From Nymphaea colorata (Eukaryota), in assembly GCF_008831285.2 (NCBI RefSeq), contig NC_045138.2:13702001-13766000 (forward strand): a DNA stretch of 64,000 bases, given 5' to 3'. Under the pieces are notes generated by a model that worked only from the letters and a program-made list of their open reading frames with translations, was not told the origin of the DNA and did not search any database. The translations under genes were made by a program, and so were the position numbers. Positions 36,277 through 47,800 of this stretch are shown here, piece by piece (position 1 is the first letter of the stretch; the number at the start of each line of letters is the position of its first letter).

Positions 36277-36777
36277 TAAGTTATCTAGCTTTTCAATTAA
36301 TTTCTAATTTCATATGCCTCTTCCTTTCAATAAATTTATTACTTACCATCGACTTGTTTTAATAAAAAGAGGATAAGTCATTGTCTTCTCATGGGCATCA
36401 TTTTCATGTTGAAATTATTTGTTCCTTTTTTGCTAACTAGGCAAAACTTCTCTTTTAGCAAAAGTCAGGACGAAAGTATTGTTGGCAAAAAGTTTCCGAA
36501 ACATGTTGCCAGCGTTGAGGCTGTCGAGTGCTTTTTGCAAACGCTATATGAAGACCAAGCTGTTGCTGGTGTGATCATATAAAATTAAATTAAATTACGA
36601 TTGGGTTTAAATTCTATAGGCTTCGAACTATTTTATCTTTCTTTGCCGTAGCATGTATCATCCTAACTGAAGTTAAACCACGCTTCGTTTGTGATTTCAG
36701 GAACCCAATAAAGTTAAACCACTCTTTGGTACAATGGTTGGAGTAGGGGCTGGTAAGCGGTCAAATTCTGTTTTGAT

Positions 36778-37099
36778 TAAGGATGGGCATCAGACCGGGC
36801 TGGCCCGAGCCGGCATGGTAAGGACTGGCCTAAGCCGGCATGGTAAGGGCCGGGAGCCCGACACGATAGTAGGGTCTCGGCTTGGACCGACCCATTTAAA
36901 ATTAAAAAATAATTTTTTAATTATAAAATAATTTTTTAATATAAAATATATTTATTAATAATAAATATATATTATTAAAATAAAAAAATTAAAAAAATAT
37001 TTTTTTATTCTTAACGAGCTAAATGGGCCGGGCTGACCCGGGCCGGCCTATCAGGGCCGGGCCAGGTTTTTTCCAAACCCGGCTCGATGCTCACCCTTA
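36778..37099. mobile_element. hAT-type MITE, best-preserved copy
   Basis: TIRs TAAGGATGGGCATC / GATGCTCACCCTTA; perfect 8-bp TSD GTTTTGAT (36770-36777 and 37100-37107). Confidence 0.9.
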
Positions 37100-37250
37100 G
37101 TTTTGATCTAAAAAAAAAAAAGCAATGCAATGGTGCATAGCAAGACACCTACCTCGTGGTACCAAAGCAACCGAGAACCTTAAAAAAGGGCTTCGGTCTT
37201 CACTCGGACGATAGGATTAGCCTTTCGCTCATCCAAAGGGAAGTATTAGA

Positions 37251-37255
<5 letters not shown>

Positions 37256-37301
<46 letters not shown>
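37256..37301. repeat. (TA)n microsatellite
   Basis: Uninterrupted TA run of roughly 22 units. Confidence 0.9.
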
Positions 37302-37304
<3 letters not shown>

Positions 37305-38569
37305 AACTCGAGATGGTCTATACTAGATACCACTAAATCTTTGTATTTATTGCACCAAATCTTCCGTGTTCAAGCAATCAAAACTGACTTAGCCAACTGT
37401 GGTTGATGGTTGGGGATATTTGCTTTGCTTTACATATTGTCAATACTGCGAAGCGCTTTGGGCTCACGATAAACTTTCGTGCCAAAACTGTTTAAATTTT
37501 GGTAGTTTGACAGATTCATTATTGGCGACACAACGGGTTTCGTCGAAACTGAAGCAGCGATCCCACTGTCTGTCGCCACCACTGCTTCGTGTCGGGGCTA
37601 GTGATACAGTGAGTTCTCTTGCAAAGATAGCATCGGTGTTAATAGAAATATGTTGCAATGTGTCTTGTAGTGAGTAATACACGAATTATTTAAACAATCC
37701 AACTTATGGCTAATTAAAATTTTTAGGGTAAAAATAAAGAAAATCACAAAGTACACTCAAATTAAAAAAAAAATGCTGCATATGCAAAAATATGTTCCAA
37801 AAAAGGACAGCGCTTTATCTTCCTGTTATTTAACAAGTCAATCATAAAACCCAAAAGCAGTTTTCATGCTACAGGCAGGGGCCATCGACCTCCTCAGATT
37901 CTCAAAAAATGAAAAATTTACATATAAATTTTGAAATTTTAGTTTAATCTATATAAAAATTAAAAAAAAATTATCTTTCGGTTTCTATTAAAATTTTGAA
38001 ACACCTCACCCTACTAATAATTCCAAGATAACTCTAGCTTTTTACCAAGTAGATCGAGGGCTTCCACCCAACTTGATTATCCTTATAAGATTGAGGGTGG
38101 TAGGACACTCTTGAGACTTGTGATCCATTCCTCAGTCGCCCTTACAGGTGTGCATGTGAAACTATCTAATTCTTGGCAGTACACACAACGACTCTTGAGC
38201 TTACGTCGCTTAAAACACAAAACACTCTTTATGTCGACCTTAGCCCAATCCATATATATTCCTTAAATCTACACAGCCACCTCATGTATAATTGTGGGGT
38301 TGACATTCTACGAGAATGACCAGAGAGCGGAAATTTGGCAGCCAAGGAAGAGGACGAAGCGTGAAATTAAGAGCTAACTAATTAATGGAAATAAAATTAA
38401 TGTTCCCTTCGTGTTCAATGATTAATTACGGCACGAAACATTTGATTGCCTTTAATTTCCGGAGCATCTTATAGCTTTTACCTAAGACGTCTAATGTACA
38501 TGTGCCTATATATGTTTAAAAAACATATAAAAAAACTCCTTCTCGGATCATGTTGCTTGCTTCCATATT

Positions 38570-40590
38570 GGTACAAGTGACCTTTCCTTAAACCTCAGAG
38601 AACGCGTGTTTCTAATCAGTGCTTCTGAAGCCTTAAAAGATAATGTCATTTGAGAATGGTATGTAGTTTCAAGTTAAAGTATTCTTTGATCTTGATTTGG
38701 TTCTATTGTTTGACTATCGCTAGTGAAAGAAAGCAGGGGTGGAGCCAGAATTTTCCGCAAGGACGGGTCAAATGGAGACTGGGTTTTGTGGATTGGATTT
38801 GGGTAGGGCCAAACTGAACTTATATTCAAAACATACATTGAGACAAAAAAATAAATAAATTTACTCATTTTTTAGCGGTCACATGAAGCCATGTTTGTTG
38901 GGCAATCAAAGCCGTTGAAAGATCCACCCCAGGCCTGAAGGAGAAACAAACTTCTTGTACCATTGGTTTTCAATCTAATAAATTGAAAAAAAGAAAAAAA
39001 AAATCTGCATGTGACATACTCCCAACTTAATATAGCTGAAAATCACGATTAAAATCCGCACTAACCCATTTATAATGGTGGAGAACTGTTGCTGCATGCA
39101 TGATACTCATCAGTTGGTAGGTAGATTCGTTCGACTAGTCTGGTCAGCTCAACCAGGCCGTGACAGATGGCTAAAATAGAACATTGTTATAAGAAATCTA
39201 TTGGGGTAGCGTTAAAATAGTGTAGTTTCAATCGGAGGGAACTGAGGTTGCATTAGATTTTTTTAAAAAAAAAACGGGAGCCTAGGATCCGACCTAATTA
39301 TGCTTGCCCTGATTTATGTCTGAATCAAGCTCGAGTCAAATCGTGTAAGGTATGCTTTGAATTTTTAGAAGCTAAACGAGAAATTAAATGGTCTAATAAA
39401 ACTAAACCTAGAACTAACACAATTGTCATACTGATAAAATCATTCAGGTTTTTTGTGTTGAAAGATTGTAGAGTAATTATATTTTTTATTGCAGATTTGG
39501 AAATGGGATGGCCTAACGTTGGGGTAAATTTTCCCGCCAGACTTTTCTTAAGGCGCTCGCTTTCGTACATTCCGACTTTGTGAGAGATTCCCCTGGTATT
39601 GATTTCCAATCTGCTAGTCGGTCTAAAACCTGAAAAAATGAAGTGCCAGCAGTCTGATCACCTTTGCTTGAGTGCAGGATGATCGATCATCACTCTTTAA
39701 TTAATTTAACTAAACAAACTTGTGATTAGCTTAATTTCCCAAGTTCCCAGACAGATCATTGAGGGCTAATGCCTCCAAACTGAAAAAAAAAAAAACAAGT
39801 TGAATTGGTGAAAGGAACACAGTACTTAGACCCATTTCAAAACATCTGATCATTCTCAAGGGACGCGTGGCCTATGCTCGGTTAAAAAACAATTAGTGAG
39901 TGTCAAAAGTATAACTGAAGTAATCTTAAGATTTGCGATATTTTCTCTCATAAAAATTATCTTCACTTTGGGGGAAGATTGGTGCACAGCTGCGATCTAA
40001 AATCTGCAACGGTTCACGAGAAGCTATTCATCCAGGAAGCCAACACAGTTGACTATCCATCTCTTTACTGTTATATAAATGTTTCAAGACTATTTTCAGA
40101 GAGCTACCCAAGTGCCGCTCTTTCTGAATATATGCACAGAGACACCTTCTGTTTTTGTATTTAGCCATGCATCTGCTTTTGCAGGTTCTGATTTAAAGGA
40201 CCGATCGAGTCCTAAAATCAATCAATCAATCGTTTGAAGGTCCTCTTTTTTTCTGGAGTTTGAATTGGGTGTTCAATGTTTAACCTTCTTTCCTGAAGAA
40301 ACTGCCTCACGGCTTGATCTTCATGTTATACATAGCATTTAGGATCAAATATAAAAGCTAGAGTTTGGGTAAATGTAATTACTGTAAAGTGAAGGACGCA
40401 TGCGTCAAAAAACTTCCTTGGTCAACCAAATAAATTTAACACTATCTTTTTCCTCTATTATCTAGTACCTTTATTACAAATTACCCATGAGAAGAGTGCT
40501 TCAATTCTACACGCAAATCACTACAAATAGACACACAATCATTGGTACTACAGCCCTACAGATTCTCAAGTCACTGCTTATTTCCTGGAA
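38570..40590 (+). pseudogene. Promoter and 5'UTR remnant of a fourth root-cap gene (copy D), coding sequence absent
   Basis: Collinear blocks shared with the upstream regions of B and C: GTACAAGTGACCTTTCCTTAAA (~38572), CAATCAAAGCCGTTGAA (~38903), CTTAAGGCGC (~39547), AAGTGCCAGCAGTCTGAT (39641), GTGCTTCAATTCTACAC (~40496), CACTACAAATAGAC (40519), TCACTGCTTATTTCCTGGAA (40571; copy C has TCATTGCTTATTTCAGGAAAC-ATG). Confidence 0.75.
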
Positions 40591-40776
40591 GGGCTAAGGC
40601 GTTTTGGATGAAGATACTCCGTCGCATCACGCTCGCCAGTTTGAGCAGGTCCTGCGGACGTGATGCAGTAATCTCTTACTCAGTATCTATCCGGACTTCA
40701 GATTATAATTATCAGCTCCCTTGAGTTATCCTGAAACCCTTTGCAATGGCCAAACTTTAAGATATATAGTTAATAG

Positions 40777-40923
40777 CCTTTTTCCCTAAGAAGAAGACGG
40801 AAGGCGGAGTGTCTTCTTCCTTGAGTTATCCTGAAACCCTTTGCAACCTACTCTCTGTTTATCCGTAGCTCGAGTGCAAGGAAGAAGACACTCCGCCTTC
40901 CGTCTTCTTCTTAGCGAAAAAGG
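40777..40923. repeat. Perfect inverted repeat / hairpin
   Basis: CTAAGAAGAAGACGGAAGGCGGAGTGTCTTCTTCCTTG (40786-40823) is the exact reverse complement of 40877-40914; extends to 47 bp with one mismatch; 53-nt loop. Confidence 0.95.
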
Positions 40924-41811
40924 ACAAAAGGGCAAAAAGAAGGAAAATACTGCGCTTTCTCCTGTTGCCAGGTCGAACAAGTGAAAAGGAAGAACACTGG
41001 GATTCTCCCTTCGCAGTATGCAGCCCGTCTTTTACTACTTTGTCCCAATCTAAATATCAAAATTCCTATGTTCTCTTTTTCAATTCTTATTTCATAATAC
41101 TTGGTATTCATATGGTTAAACTTGAAACACTGAGAAAGCATAAACGCAACAATTGAGAAGGCATAATCTGAAAATCGTGTGTACTACGCATTTTCATACG
41201 TAGTGTTTACTATATATTCTTCCATTCATCAAACTCAATTTTTATTCACTTTTATTTTCAAATCTATATTAGTCCATAAGCTCACTAATAAAATCTATCG
41301 TCAAGATTAGATTGCCTTTATATACTATGGTAATTGTTAAATCGCACTGGCAACCTCGGGACAAAAATGAGTTCACGTGCAACTTATTTAAATTGAACAG
41401 CTCATAAGAGAAGCTCACAAGCTAGAAGTTTACCAGATAACTGGGCTCCCCTCACAGTAAACGCGAATCGAGTTTAAGCTACTTTAACAAACCAATGAAA
41501 TGATTTTCAACTTACATTGTTCAGCTCGTTCGGTTCGTTTCCTCCACCCTAGCTTCAGGATTCAAAAAACAGGAAAAATAGATGGCAATGAAAAAAAAAA
41601 TAAAAAAGATCGACATCTAGCCAGAAAGTGTACCAAGTTTTCTCTATCAAATAATTTATTCTTACCATTTATCAAAGTACGCAAACGAGGACACTTATCA
41701 ACGAAGTAAATGACATTTTTCTAAATGATTGGTTCTCAGATTGTCACCATGGCCTGCTTCTCACAATCTTCTATTGTACATAACTTCCAAGTCATAAGTG
41801 GAGAACAAAAA

Positions 41812-44800
41812 CTAACGCTCCAGAATAGGCATAGATATCTCCTGGCAACGAATTATTCCAGCCGCTCCCCCATAGCAAAGCCATTTCTCGCTTCCTCTGT
41901 TCGGGTTCCACCTCACTCTGTTCATAGAAACAATCTTTGGTGGGAAAACTTCTGCGGCAATCGGTGATTCCTTCAATCCAGTGACCACCATTTGCAAGTT
42001 CTGTCCATCGTCATCATCTACAGTATCCATCTCAGCTGTTCCCTTGCGTTTATTCTGACTGCTTCTCGACACCCTTGACTTTGCATTCTTCTGAGCAACT
42101 AAGGGAAGCTCATCTACAGAATCGATTACTGCATCTTCAACCAGGTATCGAGCTGCAGTAAAGAAATTGGATTCAGTGACAGTAAGACGCAAGCACACCA
42201 ACACCAAAAACAGTGAGAAATAGCACGTAAAAATGCTTCACGGTAACATCTAGAAGTGAATTGTTTGCAAGTCCATAAATACCAGAATTTCACCTGAAGA
42301 TAATGGATTTGCAGTAATTGCATGAGTTAAGTCCGACAAAGACACGCGAAGGGGTCTGGGAATCTTGCCCGATTCATCCAACACTCTCTTCATTGGAGAA
42401 GCGGTGCCCATTTTCGGGATAGACAATGTAAGAGCATCAGTATCTTTAGTCAGCGACCCAGAAAGGTAGTGGGGAGTACGATGCCTTCTTTTATCCTTCT
42501 CCACGCCCCTACTCGTCAACTATTTATGAAGAGAAGAATTAGCACAGGCTTTTGGTTTTTTAAACAAAAAATGTGAAACATGGCATCTGTGCACGGGGAA
42601 GACGAGACAAAAACAGATACAATGCCAATTTTATCAATTCATCAAGCAAGTATTTTTACTTGCCTCCAACATGAATAAATCTTATTAGCAAAAGACCAGA
42701 ATGCTGCAGATGTAAGATCAAAAGAAATACCTGATTTCACGTTCATCGATATAACTTTTGCAAAAGACAAGAAACAGGCAGATAAATACCTGAAAATGGA
42801 GGACAGAACCATCGGCGCTACAGTAGGCAACCATACCTGACAATAACGTTCAAAAAAATGAGGTCCTAGTCCTACCATCAATAGCGTTCAAAAATTGGAG
42901 TGCAACTCTTGCGTAAATTAGAACTTTGATGAGGAGAAAACCAAAATTTGAAAGTAACCCAGTTTAAACACAGCACCGTGAAGAAAAGTGTGGAAGAAGC
43001 ACATCCCAGAATGACACTTTACTCCTCACTCTGCCTATACCGTTAAGCTCCCCCAACTGAGAGGTCCTACACGAAGGGTGAGGCGAATGGAACTTCTGAT
43101 CTCAGACACCAAGGATGCACTATACAGAGATAGGAAAACTGAATGTCCAGTGATTATGAAGTGTCTGAGATCCAATATTATGAAACCCTTCATTTGCTAG
43201 AAGCATGACTACAATGGGTCTTGGATGTAGAAGTTGGGTTGAAGAGAATTCTAACATCAGGTCAAAGAGTCCCAACAAGCGAAGGCACAAAGCTAAACAG
43301 AATGAGAAACAGTTCTGAAATTCAGCAATAAACAAATGAGCAGGATAGGAAACAGAAATTTCGAATCACTAAAAACCTGTTACTTGAGAAACCTGAACAC
43401 TCCACACTGCATGAGATGAACAATAATATGTCTGCAACCCCTGACATGGTTTTCCGCTGAATGGTCTCCCAGTCACAGGAACATCAGATGCAGCTTTCAA
43501 CAGACTAAGGATTCGAAGAGTGCCATCATCCATTGAGAATATAACAGAGCTAAAATTAAAAAGAAAAAAGAAAAAAAAAAAAGTGGGCTCAAGAATAAAG
43601 TTTGAATAAGTCATAAACTAAGAACTAGAATCCTCCATTACAACTCTAGATAAACATGCGGCAAAAAAAATTGTGTGAAGTTTCCAGTAGGTAATTTTCT
43701 ATTATCTGCAATTAATGATCTGCATAGAAGCCTAAAAACATAATGAAATATATACAAATAACACATTTATGATCACCTTGGATTATGTACCCAATCCATG
43801 CTCAATATGAAACCCCGTGATAGATGAATATCCCACAAAGGCCGAAAAGGATCGCTGCAATTGCAGTTGGAACGTATCATGTAAACATGTTTAGTGAAGA
43901 ACAAAGAACACTAGACAAGTGGAGAGAACATTGATCCAAGACATGGAACTTGTTTACCGTATGTCCCAAAACCGTATATTTCCACTATGTCCAGCTGTTG
44001 CCACTAAATTTTCACAATTTGCATCCCTGCAATTTGTGTTGGAAAAACCTACGGAGTTAATGAAAATATAAAGATTGTACATTTGCCATTCAAGCCACTA
44101 AAAGGGAATGGGGTTAGACAAAATTTCACTAATCATGTCTCATGAGTGAGAAGTGATAACAGTATCACTACGAAGCTTTAACAGCTATCACCATCTGGAC
44201 TATTCATGGAAAGGAATTGGATTGAACCAAGTCTTTAGCAGAAAGACATATATTAACAATATATACATCATGAATAAGAACATAAGAAACTTCTGCAGCA
44301 ATTCAATGTAAAAGGTCCCCAATGAATCCTAGTGAGGAAAGAGGGATGACGGAGGAGAAATGCATCAGCAGAAACATCCTCCTCTTCCTTGAGTCAGAGG
44401 ACTTCTTACGCACATGTGCATGCATGCAGACCCAGCTGCACACACATACACACACTCATGGTGCAACACAAGCACACCATACCCACAGCAGGCAGGTGGC
44501 ACTCGATAGTCTTGTCAGAATTCACAATAGCTTCATGCATGAAAGTTTGTGTGTTTGTTTGTGTGTAACCGATTGCATGACAAATATATGAGCCACCGCA
44601 GTTTGAACAATAACAATGTTAACAATTAGAGTGATCCAATATCCAAAAATGGAAACAGTCTTCGCATGTTTGAAGCCTTCAAAGCCATGTGCCTAAGAAT
44701 GCTTGCCTCCGAGCAAGAAAATCTGTGTTGTTCAGAACAACCATTAGTTTGTACGTTTCATGAGAAAAGCTTATGACTTAGTTTGTACAGTTCATGCAAA

Positions 44801-47800
44801 AAGCTTATGACTTATTATTTCCACTGTCATAAGAAGTTATAAACTTAAGCAATCAATATATGACACTCAAAAAGTTAAGATGCAGATAGAGAAGTGTCAA
44901 AATTGAAATACAATAGACAAATTGGACTTTATACATAAAGATAATTCCATGAAGCACCACATAACTTTCATTCGGTGCCCAAGATATGGCTCTGATAGGA
45001 AGTGTGTCTGCTGCGAAACAAAGCAAAGGTCTTGTATCTGTAAAAAGAGACAAAGAACAAATTTACAAATCTTAACACAAGAAAGTTATCACAGAGGAAC
45101 AAACTAAATGTTTTGAATTGCACCCATCAATGAGATTGTGGTATGACCAACACAAAGCATCTAATACAAGTGAAATTCAGATGGCACATATGTTACCCTG
45201 GTGAGGCACGGTCTTAGCTAATTTACTCTATGATAAAAGGCAAAAGCTTGCAAAGCCCTGAAAGGCCACAACCGTACCTAGGTAAGACTAGTTAGTCCTA
45301 GTAAGCAGAAGGAAAAGAAAAGAAGAAACAGGAGATGGAAGAGGAGGACAAGTGGATCCTATTTCCATGTTATACAACAACTCAAAAGAAATAGACCCAG
45401 TAATTAAGGCATTTCTCTTCTCAAACAAAAGGGAATAGTCAAATGCCTCCTCAAGTAAAAAAACCTGAAATATGCTTCACATAAAACCCGGATTCAAGTC
45501 AGTAGAGTTTGTTCAGTACCACAACAAAAACTTTACATGGAACTTGAACAGACGAGGAGGTTGGGGGGGGTTGTGGTATTGTGGGAGGGAATATGCAGTC
45601 CCAGCCACAGTCAGCTAAAAGGGCTAATCTGAAAGCACATGCAAGTCATGACAAATATAAGTTATTATTGGAAGTGAACTTATTGCAGCATAACCACAGA
45701 AATAAGATTATCACTGCATCACCTTCACAAGACTCTTTCGGCAAGAACTTCCACATAGCAACCTGCACAGAAAGATATTGGAGTGGCTTACGTGTGAACA
45801 AAAAGTCCCGATTCCTTAATGTTACTAAATCCTGTATTGACACTTTCAACGTAGCAGAACACTGCAAGAGATACCCACAGGTTAAAGCATACAACACCCT
45901 CCTATGATCCTCGATCTTTAGTTTTATAACAACAGACATCTTCACCTGTAGAATTGGACATATGTCTTGTACATGCTTTGCATTTGTTGGTCATTCATTA
46001 GTAACGGTGTCTTCCACAAGTTAAGAGGTAGTTTAAGGACATCCGGTGGAAAGGGACTTGTTCCTTTTATTTATTGAAAATTATGCTTGCTTCTATCCTA
46101 AGAGAAGTACAGAGTTTTGCATGAAGTTTAGCGACCAAAAGTTGCAGAAAGCAGCAGTTATTATTCTTACCATTATTGCAACCATTACTATTATTAAGTA
46201 ATTAATTCAGACAAGAAGTTCAAATTTGCAACTAAATATGGCAGCTGGCTTGCAAGAACACATGATCAAAACCAAAAATCACAGTTCTAATCGCATGTAG
46301 GTTTACGGCCCCATTTGCCTTTGAAAAAACAACTATGAAAGAGGAATCTAACTTAAACCACAAGCTCCATAGCCGCCGGCACGGACATGTCTGTGCATTG
46401 CACTCAATGACATGTCTATACATAGTTTTGTGAGCATAAACATGTGAGCATTCTACTACAACTCTAATGCAGCAAATATGTTGCTGAAATGTGTATTCTC
46501 AGTTTCCAAAACATAAATCACAAATTCAACCCATCTTGTTACCATTACATGAATTTTACAAAATCTTTTGATAATTAATACCTTCTAAGATTGGCTTGAA
46601 AATTAGCAAAGTAAATGACAGAGAATGCACTGAACAAAGCTAAGATAGACAACCTTGGGCTCGACTAGGCTGAACTTAGCCATAAGGTTGCTAGACAAGA
46701 GAAATAATATCAAGCCTTGAAATAAGTATAGAATTCCTAACAAATTTAAAGGACATATGAGGATTTACCGTTCCATCATGACAGCCAACCAGTAGTAAAT
46801 CATTTGGAACTGCACGCGACCACTCCAATGTAAGAGGAATGCTGATAATAAGAACATTTCAGTTACACAATGTGCACAGAGAGAAGGTGTTGGGGGGTGG
46901 CTGGAGGGAGGAGGGGGGGAGAGAGAGAGAGAGAGACATCATATACATTTTCATCATGGAATTTGGTTCATGTTTTCCAGCAGAATGTTCATCAAAACAA
47001 TCAACTTAACAGAACAATGAAGTGATAGCATTACAGACCATCCACCAACCAACCAGAAATCAAGCAATCTATAAGTTGGCATCAATTTAGTGATATTCCA
47101 GCTATATAAGAGCACATATACGGAAAGGTCATCAACATATGATGGGAACTTAAGTCATATATGTTCATACAAATGTTGATCAAACCAAAAAGTCCATGCA
47201 CAGGCTTGGCTCATTTGCCCAAAAGCCAGCCCAAGCTTTGGCCCGAGGGTCATGTTTAGCCAAAACAAGCCTCAGCTAAACAAGCATAGATGAGCCACAT
47301 ACCAACAAGCTGACTCATGTAACAAAAATTGCCTAGATTTTACTTTTTAAAATATGATTTTTAGTGTTATAAATTTCAGTTTTATATGTCCAAAGGCAAC
47401 ATAATAACATTAGACAAGTTAAATCATATAAAATATTTGTGAACAAACCTAGCCAAAACCAACACCCTGTGTTTGTCCTCAGCTCTTTTCTAAGTAAAAA
47501 AAGGTCATGTCAGCCTAGTAGTTAAACCATGAAAACTAAGGGGAAGCTCTAAGACTTGCACAAAATAGAAGATTTTGCATCCTTAGAAGAGTACATATTA
47601 GCCACTAATATAATCCACTAGTGTGTAGAGGAAAGCCAGTGAAAGGACGACATAATCAACATAAGTTATATATGAGTGTTTCTGGACTCCCCACGTGCAT
47701 CGTAAACAATTTAACAACATCCATGCAGAGGAATTTTCTAAAATTATGTTCCAGCTAATTTTGTTACAAGGTTCAACAAGCAATAGGTTAGAATTTCCTA

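Noticed and set aside
38119..38305. Possible TRIM/solo LTR with TG...CA ends
   Set aside because: No 5-bp TSD, PBS or partner LTR found.
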